From IMG/VR virus record IMGVR_UViG_3300035696_000009: DNA of 64,000 bases. One strand, given 5' to 3'. Positions 29,067-37,348 of the stretch are shown piece after piece (within the stretch, counting starts at the first letter, position 1; the number at the start of each line of letters is the position of its first letter). Origin of the DNA: an uncultured virus (IMG/VR IMGVR_UViG_3300035696_000009) (taxonomy: Duplodnaviria > Heunggongvirae > Uroviricota > Caudoviricetes). The notes under the pieces are model-generated. The model was not told the origin of the DNA. It did no database searches and saw only the letters and a list, made by a program, of their open reading frames with translations. Both the position numbers and the translations under genes were made by a program.

Positions 29067-29157
29067 GGGCGGAGAGCGGAATATTCGAAATCCAGCGGCT
29101 TATACAGCCGCCGCATCGGCTTCCAACCGAGCCCCGGCCCTGCCGGGTTCACTCTCC
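29067..29157 (-). tRNA. tRNA-Ser(GGA)
   Basis: Loop TTGGAAG, long variable arm. Confidence 0.8.
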
Positions 29158-29167
29158 AATTCTCAAA

Positions 29168-29374
29168 TCACCTGAATCGCATCAGCTCGAGGGGCGGCGC
29201 GTGCTTGTGGGTCCTGAGCTTTTTGATCTCCCTCACGCACCACGCCTGCGCTGCGATCATCTTGCACTGGAGATCGTTCTCGTCGAAGTCTGGGTTCTTC
29301 GACTTGATCTCGGCGCAGACCGCGTCCCACTCCTCCTTCGGGATCATGAACTCGTTCGCGTCGTCGTTCTTCAT
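29168..29374 (-). CDS. small hypothetical protein in tRNA array
   Basis: 68-aa ORF filling the inter-tRNA gap. Confidence 0.5.
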   Translation of the reverse strand: MKNDDANEFMIPKEEWDAVCAEIKSKNPDFDENDLQCKMIAAQAWCVREIKKLRTHKHAPPLELMRFR

Positions 29375-29389
29375 GTTCCGAGATTACAG

Positions 29390-29463
29390 TCGGAGTGACA
29401 GGATTTGAACCTGTGATCTCTCGGCCCCCAGCCGAGCGCTCTACCAGACTGAGCCACACTCCG
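29390..29463 (-). tRNA. tRNA-Pro(GGG)
   Basis: CTCGG CTGGGGG CCGAG; canonical D and T arms. Confidence 0.9.
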
Positions 29464-29500
29464 AGACGCCGCGTGTTCTGCGCGGCGCGCGTCGCGGTTT

Positions 29501-30034
29501 TTACACCGCGACGCTACCCGTCCAGGGTTCCCACTCGAGAGGGATGTCCCTCATCGCGAGGACGGGCTGCGCGAGGGGGAGGGTCTTGGGCTTGAAGGGC
29601 TTGCGAATGAGCTTCATCTTCGCCTGCTCGGGGGTGCGGGCGCCCTTCTTGTCGTTGCAGTCGTAGCAGCTCGTGACGATGTTCTCCCAGACCGTTTTGC
29701 CGCCCTGCACGCGGGGCAGGACGTGGTCGTAGTTGAGTTCGGACATCGCGAACTTGTTGCCGCAGTACTGGCAGACGAAGTTGTCACGGGCCATGACGTT
29801 GACCCTCGAGAACTTCACGCCCTTCTTGTGCGTCGCGACTGGCTTGAGCAGGCGCGCGACGGCCGGCATCTTCATCGTGATGCCGCGCTCGGCGTTGTGG
29901 TAGACAACGACGTCGTCGTACCATCGGAGGATCTCGACCTTGTCGGTGAAAAGCTCCGTGATGGCCTCCTGCCAGGTGCTGACCCTGTGCGGGAGCATGT
30001 AGTGGTTGAGGATGAGGGTGGTCGTGGGGGACAT
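29501..30034 (-). CDS. HNH endonuclease (McrA-like)
   Basis: FSRVNVMARDNFVCQYCG...DHVLPRVQGGKTVWENIVTSCYDCNDKKG. Confidence 0.95.
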   Translation of the reverse strand: MSPTTTLILNHYMLPHRVSTWQEAITELFTDKVEILRWYDDVVVYHNAERGITMKMPAVARLLKPVATHKKGVKFSRVNVMARDNFVCQYCGNKFAMSELNYDHVLPRVQGGKTVWENIVTSCYDCNDKKGARTPEQAKMKLIRKPFKPKTLPLAQPVLAMRDIPLEWEPWTGSVAV

Positions 30035-30053
30035 GGCAAATCCGTTTCGGGGC

Positions 30054-30129
30054 TGGTAGGCGCACAAAGAGTTGAACTTTGATTTGCTCCTTATCAGAGA
30101 GCCGTCCTAAACCGTTGGACGATGCGCCC
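30054..30129 (-). tRNA. tRNA-Ile(GAT)
   Basis: GCTCT CTGATAA GGAGC; ACCA end. Confidence 0.85.
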
Positions 30130-30180
30130 GAGTTGTAGTTCGCAGTGACGTGTGAAGTGAAGATAACAGACCAAGATCCG

Positions 30181-30254
30181 TGGACACGTGCGGAGGTGCG
30201 CCGCTCTTTACGCGCTTATAAGACGCGCTTCTGGTAACTCCCAGAGACGTGTCC
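30181..30254 (-). tRNA. tRNA-Ile(TAT), degenerate T loop
   Basis: CGCGT CTTATAA GCGCG; acceptor GGACACG/CGTGTCC. Confidence 0.6.
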
Positions 30255-30256
30255 GC

Positions 30257-30332
30257 TGGTAGGAGGTATGGGGATCGCACCCATCGAGACTACCTTGTCG
30301 AGGTAGCGTGTTCACTAGCTCACTCACCTCCC
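30257..30332 (-). tRNA. tRNA-Val(GAC)
   Basis: CTACC TCGACAA GGTAG (C33); ACCA end. Confidence 0.75.
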
Positions 30333-30336
30333 GTGG

Positions 30337-30411
30337 CGGTAGGTCCAGACCGATTCGCACGGTCATCTTCTCCGTGTGGGGGAGACATCCTACGTGTTGG
30401 ACGATGGACCC
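30337..30411 (-). tRNA. tRNA-Val(CAC)
   Basis: TCTCC CCCACAC GGAGA (C33). Confidence 0.75.
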
Positions 30412-30414
30412 GAG

Positions 30415-30490
30415 TGGTCAGAGTGCCCGGATTTGAACCGGGATAACGTGCACCCGAAGCACGTGTACTACCAGATTGTACGACACTCTG
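30415..30490 (-). tRNA. tRNA-Pro(CGG)
   Basis: CGTGC TTCGGGT GCACG; ACCA end. Confidence 0.9.
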
Positions 30491-30518
30491 ATGGTGCAGA
30501 CATGTACCACGTCCGCGC

Positions 30519-30589
30519 TGGTTGGGGTAGACGGTAACGCTCCGCCGTTTCGAGCTTCAAAGGCTCGATTGCCGCTTCGGCATACCCCA
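30519..30589 (-). tRNA. tRNA-Gln(TTG)
   Basis: CGAGC CTTTGAA GCTCG; atypical T loop. Confidence 0.7.
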
Positions 30590-30613
30590 TCACAATTATC
30601 AAAAAGAAAGAAT

Positions 30614-30692
30614 CGGTACCAACGGAGGGATTCGAACCCACACTGCCCTGATCCTGAGTCAGGTGCCTCCTACCAAGTTGGGCTACGTTGGC
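30614..30692 (-). tRNA. tRNA-Leu(CAG), short variable arm
   Basis: CCTGA CTCAGGA TCAGG. Confidence 0.85.
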
Positions 30693-30712
30693 GCGGTCGA
30701 CGTGGTCTGACG

Positions 30713-30782
30713 TGGTCGCGGCAGACGGGATCGAACCGTCGCGTTCAGCCTTATGAGAGCCGACGCACTCCAAGTTGCCGCG
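30713..30782 (-). tRNA. tRNA-Met(CAT)
   Basis: CGGCT CTCATAA GGCTG; short D arm; ACCA end. Confidence 0.75.
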
Positions 30783-30855
30783 GCCCCCTCGCTGCGACTC
30801 GAACGCAGCCAACGACCATCGGAGGGTCGTGCCATGATCCGCATGGACGAGGGGA
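30783..30855 (-). tRNA. tRNA-Arg(CCG)
   Basis: CGACC CTCCGAT GGTCG; CTGCGTTCGAGTCGCAG. Confidence 0.75.
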
Positions 30856-30932
30856 GGTGCACGTCCTCTTCGCCGCCCGACGTGCAGGGGGTCGTTTCTC
30901 ACGATCGGAGGATTGGTTACCCCCACGGCCCA

Positions 30933-31008
30933 CGGCCTCCTCGGCAGGGGTCGAACCTGCATCTCACGGTTCCGTAGACCGGTGCCTTGTCCATTGGGCC
31001 ACGAGGAG
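30933..31008 (-). tRNA. tRNA-Arg(ACG)
   Basis: CCGGT CTACGGA ACCGT. Confidence 0.85.
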
Positions 31009-31135
31009 AAATGAAGAAGGAGCTGGGGCCGTGACTAGCGATCCCTGGTCCTGCCGCGCGCTCGGTGAGTCACCACGAAGACCAGGGTTTCAATCCGGTG
31101 TGGACCGTACGCGTGACATCGCCACTCCCACTTCG

Positions 31136-31206
31136 TGCTCCCGGCGTGATTCGAACACGCAGCATGCGGACTAGAAAACCGCTGTCTGATCCATCAGAAC
31201 GGGAGC
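31136..31206 (-). tRNA. tRNA-Arg(TCT)
   Basis: GCGGT TTTCTAG TCCGC. Confidence 0.75.
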
Positions 31207-31207
31207 A

Positions 31208-31279
31208 TGGAGAGCCCGGAGGGGATTGCACCCTCGAAGTCGGTTTTGCAGACCGGCTGCCGCGCTAGCGAACGGGCTC
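31208..31279 (-). tRNA. tRNA-Cys(GCA)
   Basis: CCGGT CTGCAAA ACCGA; TCCA end. Confidence 0.75.
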
Positions 31280-31280
31280 A

Positions 31281-31355
31281 TGGAGCGGATAACGGGGATC
31301 GCACCCGTCTGAACTTCGTTGGCAACGAAGTGCCTCACTAGTCGGCCTTATCCGC
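31281..31355 (-). tRNA. tRNA-Gly(GCC)
   Basis: CTTCG TTGCCAA CGAAG; TCCA end. Confidence 0.85.
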
Positions 31356-31369
31356 ATATTTGATATTTG

Positions 31370-31440
31370 AGCGGGTGAGGGTAATCGAAACCCCACCTTC
31401 GCGTTGGGAACGCGTTGCTCGACCCTCGAGCTACACCCGC
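31370..31440 (-). tRNA. tRNA-Gly(CCC)
   Basis: ACGCG TTCCCAA CGCGA. Confidence 0.85.
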
Positions 31441-31451
31441 GAATTCTTCGT

Positions 31452-31526
31452 CGGAGCGGATGGTCGGATTCGCACCGACGCTCCAAGGCTTGGAAGGCCT
31501 GGCGACCACTGCAGTCTTTCACCCGC
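31452..31526 (-). tRNA. tRNA-Gly(TCC)
   Basis: CAGGC CTTCCAA GCCTT. Confidence 0.8.
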
Positions 31527-31530
31527 GCGT

Positions 31531-31631
31531 TGGCGGCGCCGTGGGCCTCTCACCCACCCTCCGCAGAGTGCTTTTCAGCTCGCCCGCCCGTGCACGGTCA
31601 GGTCCGCCTAGCTCCTGGGAGCGGCTGCGCC
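31531..31631 (-). ncRNA. tRNA-like RNA without a recognisable anticodon arm
   Basis: GGCGC...GTGGG TGAGAGG CCCAC GGCGCC GCCA. Confidence 0.45.
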
Positions 31632-31633
31632 AG

Positions 31634-31705
31634 AGCTGACGAGGAGAATCGAACTCCAGCCCTCCTCAATACCAATGAGGCGCTCCGCCTTGGAGCTACG
31701 CCAGC
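31634..31705 (-). tRNA. tRNA-Thr(GGT)
   Basis: CCTCA TTGGTAT TGAGG. Confidence 0.85.
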
Positions 31706-31709
31706 GAAT

Positions 31710-31869
31710 CGGGTGGTCGTCGAGTTTGGGGTGCACAACCCTTTCGGGTTGGTTTGATTAGCTTCGAGGGCTAACTGCCGACCATTGGCATATTCCCCAT
31801 AAGGGCGGGGAATACAGGAATCGAACCTGTTATTATGCGTGTATGCGTCCTACGAGTGACGATCACCCG
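31710..31869 (-). ncRNA. circularly permuted tRNA-like RNA (TCG anticodon arm)
   Basis: T arm, loop-closed acceptor, D arm, TTAGC CCTCGAA GCTAA, all enclosed by CGGGTGATCGTC/GACGACCACCCG. Confidence 0.6.
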
Positions 31870-31870
31870 G

Positions 31871-31944
31871 TGGATCCTGTCGGGATCGAACCGACAACCT
31901 CCTGCTTGCAAAACAGGCGCTCTCCCAGTTGGAGCTAAGGACCC
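31871..31944 (-). tRNA. tRNA-Ala(TGC)
   Basis: CCTGT TTTGCAA GCAGG; G3:U70. Confidence 0.9.
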
Positions 31945-31958
31945 AGATACGTGAGCAG

Positions 31959-32029
31959 TGGAGCTGAAGAGAATTGAACTCTTATTGCCGCGCTGCCAGC
32001 GCGGCGTCCTCCCATTAGACGACAGCCCC
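31959..32029 (-). tRNA. tRNA-Ala(GGC)
   Basis: CCGCG CTGGCAG CGCGG. Confidence 0.85.
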
Positions 32030-32044
32030 TCGAATTTCAGACAG

Positions 32045-32116
32045 TGGACCGACCGGGTTTCGAACCCGGATCTCCGACATGCGAAGCCGGCGCTCTCCCA
32101 ATTGAGCTATCAGCCC
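32045..32116 (-). tRNA. tRNA-Ala(CGC)
   Basis: CCGGC TTCGCAT GTCGG. Confidence 0.9.
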
Positions 32117-32268
32117 GTGGACATCAAAGTTGAGTGCGTGAGTAGAAGACGCGAGACGCGCCGCTCGGCCAGCGCTTGTAGATCAGCGCGCCGCGCCAGA
32201 ACAAGTAGAAGGTGCCGTCCTCGTCGCGCGCCGTGGTGAACATGATCCCTCCTGTCATGATGTGAACC

Positions 32269-32356
32269 GTCGGATGAAGGACACCGCTTGGAGGTTAGGC
32301 GCCCGGGAAGGGCGCCCTGCGTACAAGGCAGGGTAACCAAACGATAGCGACCCGAC
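32269..32356 (-). ncRNA. Y-RNA-like gene embedded in the tRNA array
   Basis: GTCGGGTCG...CCTTCATCCGAC terminal stem, same pattern as the Ro60-proximal copies. Confidence 0.65.
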
Positions 32357-32366
32357 AGGTCATCAG

Positions 32367-32437
32367 CAGGAGCCGTGGGGGTCGAACCCACTCGACGCGA
32401 GTTTTGGAGGCTCGCCGGTCACCGTGACCTGACTCCT
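32367..32437 (-). tRNA. tRNA-Trp(CCA)
   Basis: Loop CTCCAAA; GTGGGTTCGACCCCCAC. Confidence 0.75.
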
Positions 32438-32438
32438 A

Positions 32439-32513
32439 TGGCGGCTCGTACGGGTACCGCCCCCGTTTCACTCCTTAGACAGAGGAGCTGCGATACTTAT
32501 CGCATCACGAGCC
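32439..32513 (-). tRNA. tRNA-Asp(GTC)
   Basis: CTCCT CTGTCTA AGGAG; GCCA end; atypical T loop. Confidence 0.75.
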
Positions 32514-32736
32514 TTGAATCATTCAACCTTCTCGATCGACCACTCGAGCTTCGCTCCAGCGGTCGGGTTGCCGCCTTTCCTCCCGTCGCGGCCGGACCTC
32601 TTCATGTCCACGATCTTCTGAGCCGCGTCGAGCGTGTCGGCGGTGGCGTGGACTTCTCCTCGAGCGACCACGACGTAGGCCACGTCGAGCCCGCCCGGGT
32701 GCGCGAACTTCATGGGATCTCCCTTTCTCTACTCCG

Positions 32737-32809
32737 CGTCCTTGGCCCGATTCGAACGGGCAATCTTCGCTTTAGGAAAGCGCTGCTTTATCCATTGAGC
32801 CACAAGGAC
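32737..32809 (-). tRNA. tRNA-Arg(CCT)
   Basis: GCGCT TTCCTAA AGCGA. Confidence 0.85.
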
Positions 32810-32822
32810 AGTGCGTTATTGA

Positions 32823-32900
32823 CGGTGTGGACGGTGAGACTCGGACTCACAAACACCATATTTTGAGTATGGTAGCTTTACCAATTAGACTTACGTCCAC
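32823..32900 (-). tRNA. tRNA-Leu(CAA), short variable arm
   Basis: CCATA CTCAAAA TATGG. Confidence 0.8.
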
Positions 32901-32902
32901 TC

Positions 32903-32980
32903 GGGTGCAGAGCCGGGGATTCGAACCCCGAGTCGCGCGTTTTTAGGACGCACTAGCTTTACCGGTTAGCCTAGCTCTGC
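32903..32980 (-). tRNA. tRNA-Leu(TAA), short variable arm
   Basis: TGCGT CCTAAAA ACGCG (C33). Confidence 0.75.
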
Positions 32981-32983
32981 GAA

Positions 32984-33068
32984 CGGTACCACCGGAGAGA
33001 CTTGCACTCTCACGTCACGAGGACACTAGCACCTCAAGCTAGCGCGTCTGCTATTCCGCCACGGTGGC
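32984..33068 (-). tRNA. tRNA-Leu(GAG)
   Basis: CTAGC TTGAGGT GCTAG; long variable arm. Confidence 0.85.
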
Positions 33069-33087
33069 ATATCTCACTAGTCACTAG

Positions 33088-33159
33088 TCAGGGTGGCCAG
33101 ACTCGAACTGGCAAGTACGAGCACCCAAAGCTCGGGCACTACCATTGTGCGACACCCTG
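33088..33159 (-). tRNA. tRNA-Pro(TGG)
   Basis: CGAGC TTTGGGT GCTCG. Confidence 0.85.
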
Positions 33160-33160
33160 A

Positions 33161-33236
33161 TGGTGGGCAGACTCGGGATCGCACCGAGTTATCCGGCTCT
33201 TCAGACCGGCGCTATCACTAGACTAGCTCTCTGCCC
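33161..33236 (-). tRNA. tRNA-Phe(GAA)
   Basis: CCGGT CTGAAGA GCCGG; ACCA end. Confidence 0.85.
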
Positions 33237-33241
33237 GTTTG

Positions 33242-33315
33242 CGTCCCCACGGGGATTCGAACCCCGGTTTGTACCTTGAGAGGGTACCGTCCTTGGCCAT
33301 CTAGACGATAGGGAC
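33242..33315 (-). tRNA. tRNA-Glu(CTC)
   Basis: GTACC CTCTCAA GGTAC. Confidence 0.9.
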
Positions 33316-33342
33316 ATGAGTATTTGAGTAGATATGTATTTG

Positions 33343-33414
33343 TGCGCCCTGAGGGGAACGATCCCTCACCTCTCGATTGAAAGTCGAGGATCCAGACCAC
33401 TAGACGAAGGGCGC
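33343..33414 (-). tRNA. tRNA-Glu(TTC)
   Basis: CTCGA CTTTCAA TCGAG. Confidence 0.85.
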
Positions 33415-33415
33415 G

Positions 33416-33490
33416 TGGAGCTGGTGAGCGGAATCGGACCGCAGCCCTCCTGATTACGAAACAGGTGCTCCACCTTGGAGCTACACCAGC
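33416..33490 (-). tRNA. tRNA-Thr(CGT)
   Basis: CCTGT TTCGTAA TCAGG; TCCA end. Confidence 0.85.
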
Positions 33491-33491
33491 A

Positions 33492-33564
33492 CGGAGCCGA
33501 CGAAGGGATCTCGAACCCTAGCCTCGCTCGCTACAAGGGAGCGGTGACGCCTCGTCACGTCGGC
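33492..33564 (-). tRNA. tRNA-Thr(TGT)
   Basis: GCTCC CTTGTAG CGAGC. Confidence 0.7.
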
Positions 33565-33573
33565 AAACACAAG

Positions 33574-33655
33574 CTCCTGGGGTAGGAATCGAACCTACAG
33601 CGTCTTTCGACCACCGGTTAACAGCCGGGCACCTTACCATTCGGAACACCCAGGA
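33574..33655 (-). tRNA. tRNA-Asn(GTT), enlarged variable arm
   Basis: CCCGG CTGTTAA CCGGT, then GGTCGAAAGACGC. Confidence 0.8.
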
Positions 33656-33659
33656 ATAT

Positions 33660-33682
33660 GGGAGGGCCACATGGCCCTCCCC
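33660..33682. other. strong GC hairpin (terminator or processing signal)
   Basis: GGGAGGGCCA CA TGGCCCTCCC. Confidence 0.4.
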
Positions 33683-33783
33683 GTGTTTCTTGACGAACAG
33701 GAGAGACCGCCCGCGCACCCGAGAGCCGGCTGCGCGCGTCACGTCCTTCCAAATTTTCAAGGGCCAAGCGCTCGAGTGAGCGC

Positions 33784-33857
33784 CGGTTCGGGTCGAAGGA
33801 GTTGAACCCTCATTCGCGGTTCCAGAGACCGCTGTCTTACCGTTAGACGAGACCCGA
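33784..33857 (-). tRNA. tRNA-Gln(CTG)
   Basis: GCGGT CTCTGGA ACCGC. Confidence 0.85.
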
Positions 33858-33887
33858 ATATCTGAATCTGAGAAAAACCTTCCGGGG

Positions 33888-33959
33888 TGGGCCTGGAGGG
33901 GAACGATCCCTCACCTTCCGCTTAAGAGGCGGTTGCTCGACCACTCGAGCTACAGACCC
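33888..33959 (-). tRNA. tRNA-Lys(CTT)
   Basis: ACCGC CTCTTAA GCGGA. Confidence 0.85.
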
Positions 33960-33978
33960 GTTCAGCCTCGTGGCTGAG

Positions 33979-34050
33979 TGGGACGCCTCGGAATCGGACC
34001 GAGCCCTTGCCGCTTAAAAGGCGGCTGCACCACCTTGGTGCTAACGTCCC
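33979..34050 (-). tRNA. tRNA-Lys(TTT)
   Basis: GCCGC CTTTTAA GCGGC. Confidence 0.85.
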
Positions 34051-34114
34051 TCGCTTTCTTTTGGGCCCGCCTTCACGGGCGCGGTCTTCGTTTTCATCGT
34101 CTTCGTCCTTGTCT

Positions 34115-34199
34115 TGGTGAGGCGTGATGGAGTTGCACCACTTGCCAAAAGGCCACCGGGTTACAGCCGGCTAGAGCTACTACCGCTCAGAACACGCCC
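34115..34199 (-). tRNA. tRNA-Tyr(GTA)
   Basis: GCCGG CTGTAAC CCGGT; long variable arm; ACCA end. Confidence 0.8.
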
Positions 34200-34658
34200 C
34201 ATGCGATATGGGAGTTCGGAGCTTTGATATCGTTCTCGAGCCATGGCGTTCATCGGACACACGTCTCCTGTGATCGGCAGTCGCCGCTTGGGCAGATCGC
34301 TAGTGCGCGATCTGCACTCCTTCGAATTTTTCGGACCCTGAAATGCCGAAGGGCCGCTCTCGTCTCCGAGGCGGCCCTTCCTGCGCTGTTGCGCGAGTGA
34401 AAGAACCGCCTCTAGGTACCGGCCTCCTGATTGCGCGTCGCGAACTTCGGTTCGCTGGGGGAGGCCGGATAAACGCGTGCAAGGCTATCGACTCCGGGCG
34501 CTGTCACTGGGCACAAAATGCACCACGACCCTGAAAGCACTGCTGATTGGCTCAGCGGCCTCCGGGTCTGCATGGGCGATTTCGGCATCGAGGTGTGCAT
34601 CGGAGTGTCTTCAGTCACTAGGACATGGTTTCGGGGAACGTGCAAGAACTTTTTTCGA

Positions 34659-34735
34659 CGGGGTGGATGACGAGGATCGAACTCGCGAATACTGCGGCCA
34701 CAACGCAGCGCCTTAACCACTTGGCTACATCCACC
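34659..34735 (-). tRNA. tRNA-His(GTG)
   Basis: CTGCG TTGTGGC CGCAG; G-1 and C73. Confidence 0.9.
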
Positions 34736-35107
34736 ATACGGAGATCCCTCTTTCGAGGTCACGTATGGAGAGGACGAGCTTTCGTGGACGTGATCATGGG
34801 GTCTCAGACGGAGACTTTACCGCTTCCTGACCAGGTCCGCCATTTTTCTTCTTCGGCCGAGATCAGCTCGCTCCGCGTCGGCGGTCTCGGCGCGCCCGAG
34901 CGTGTGTAGAACGGCAACGGCATCTGCGAGCATGCCGCGCAGTAGCGCGCCTTGTTCTTGATCGGGCGCGAGCCATCCCTGCACGCCTCGCACAGGCGCC
35001 GCGTCATTCGGGAGGCCTCGAGCGGTCGAGCCACCAGAGGAGCGCCGAGCCCGCGAAGACGACGGCGACGATCGCCCCGAGCGCGAGGATCACGAAGACG
35101 ATCGCGT

Positions 35108-35980
35108 TCACTTCGATGCGTCCTTGGGCGCGCTGAACGCGCTTACGCACTCGCGCATGGTGTTGTCGTGGATCTCGAGCACCTTCGGGATGCTCCCGTC
35201 CTTCTCCACCTGGTAGCCGCCCGCGAGGTTCCAGGCGACGGGCACGTCGGCGTCGCGGAGCGCGCTGAAGATGATCGCGTCCCGCTCGAGGAGCTGCATG
35301 GTCGTGAGCCAGCCGCCGTACGGGTCGTCGATGTGCGCGTCGGCGCCCGCCTGGTAGAGGACGAGGTCGCACGTCGTCATCGCCGCGAGGACCTCCGGCA
35401 GCTTGTCCCTGAAGAACTCCGGCACCTGCGAGGGGCTCGTGTAGCGGGCGCCGCCGGTGAAGTGCCAAATCCACTTCTCGCAGCCGAGCTTGCGGATGAT
35501 GTTGTCGGTGCCGTTGCCGTAGTGGTAGTCGAGGTCGAGGATGCCGACGCGCTCGACCTTGCCCGCTTTCTTCAGCGCGAGCGCGGCAACCATGAGCCCG
35601 TTGAACGTGCAGAACCCCTCGGCGCTCGCGTAGCCCGCGTGGTGGAACCCCGAGCACGGCGCCGCGGCAGCGCCGCCCGACGCGAGCGCGTGGCGCGCGG
35701 CCGAGAGCATCGAGCCCGTCGTGTAGAGGAGCGACGCCGCGACCGCCGGAGACTTGTTGCCGAACCCGTTCGCGCGTTTGCCGAGCAGGACGTTCTTCAC
35801 GAACTCCGGGTCGTGCGCGAGGCAAAGCTCCTCGAGCGTCGCCGGCAACGGCGGGATGATCTCGACGGGGAACTCGAGCTTCCAGGACTCGACGACCGCG
35901 GCGGGCTTGAGCGCGCTCGGCGACTCGCAGCCCGACTCCGCGACCATCTTGTGGGTGTAGAAGACGGGGATCGGGATCAT
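35108..35980 (-). CDS. histone-deacetylase-family (AcuC-like) hydrolase
   Basis: SGFHHA, GFCTFN, ILDLDYHYGNGT, YQAGADAHIDDPYGG, LAGGY. Confidence 0.92.
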   Translation of the reverse strand: MIPIPVFYTHKMVAESGCESPSALKPAAVVESWKLEFPVEIIPPLPATLEELCLAHDPEFVKNVLLGKRANGFGNKSPAVAASLLYTTGSMLSAARHALASGGAAAAPCSGFHHAGYASAEGFCTFNGLMVAALALKKAGKVERVGILDLDYHYGNGTDNIIRKLGCEKWIWHFTGGARYTSPSQVPEFFRDKLPEVLAAMTTCDLVLYQAGADAHIDDPYGGWLTTMQLLERDAIIFSALRDADVPVAWNLAGGYQVEKDGSIPKVLEIHDNTMRECVSAFSAPKDASK

Positions 35981-37348
35981 CGTGCCCTCAGGTCGTGAGC
36001 GCCTCGTACACGAGGAGCGCCAGCCGCTTCGCGCGCCCCGCGTCGCGCTCGACGCCCTCGGCGGACGCCGACGCCTGGCCGCTCAGGCTCACGTACCAGC
36101 GCCCGTCGTCGTAGGCGACGACCTCGCCCTTGTCGAGCCACGCCCGCGAGCGCCAGCCGGAGGCCGCGTGGTCGCGGACCCAGTCCGCGGCGTCGGCGAC
36201 GGGCCCCTCGCTCATCGCCTCACCTCTCGCCGCACATGCGGAGCACGCGGCTCGCGAGCATGCGCGTCTCAACGCAGCGGGCGCTCGCGCCGATCTCGCG
36301 GAGCGTGCTCATGAGGAGGCGGATCTTCTCCCGATCGCTTTTCGGGACGGCCATGAGGGTCACGGGCTTCGGCACTTGCATCGCCATCGTCATCCCGGCA
36401 TCGACGAGCGCGCGGTTATTTCCGGACAACCGTGCCCGCGGTGGTCTGGTGCGGCTCTCCCGCGAGGACGCCGTCGAGCAGCTCGGAGAGCGTCGCCGGG
36501 GGCTTCGGCTTCGGTGCCCCGATCGCGTTCTTCGGCGTGGGGATGGGCGCGGGAGGAGGAGCCTCGACGTGCGGCCTCTGCGCCTCGAGCCCCTGCTGGG
36601 GGGCGACGCGCTTGCGTCGCCTCGGGGCGTTCGAGACGACGCGGTTGCCGACGACGACGGGGACGCCGCTCGGGGCGGGCACGCGGCGGGAGTAGAGCGG
36701 GCCACTGAACTGCATGATCGGATCTTACCTCAACGGAACTGGATCGGGGAGTACGCCGCGAAATCGTAACCGGTGAGCGGCTTCGGCGCCCTCGGCGCCC
36801 CGGGGAACGTCGGGATCCATTCGGCCGTGCCGGCGCGCGCACCCTGGTGCTTCTTGACCCACCACGCGGCGACCGCGAGGCCGCCGATGACGGCGATCGT
36901 CTCTTTGTTCCTCGACAGGAACCTCATGAACCCGTCCATCACTACCACCTCCTTCGCCACCGCCCGCGTCCCCAGCGCCGGCGCGGCCACGGGTATGCCC
37001 ACATGGGCCACGGGTTCCAGAAGCTCCAGGGGATCGGTGGCGACGTGGGCGGGATCGAGGCCATCGACCACCATGTCGGCGCGCCAACGAACCCTCCGCC
37101 GCGTTCCGATTTGCCCGCGGTCTGTGCGAGGAGCGACGCCGCAGCTCCGGCGGCAGCGCCCGCGAGCGCCCATGATCCGACCTTCGGCCTGCCGGCGAGG
37201 GCGCCGAGCGCGCCGAACGCTCCCGCACCCAAGGCCGCGAAGACGGCCATCGACTGAACGGCGTCACTTTTCTGGGGCGTCTGGATTCCTTGCGGGCCCA
37301 TGAGAAGAGTAGAGCGCAGGTCCGACCACCTGGCAAAATGCGCTGATC

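Noticed and set aside
30249..34762. Most ORFs overlapping the tRNA array
   Set aside because: They overlap clear tRNA cloverleafs; only small gap-filling ORFs are plausible
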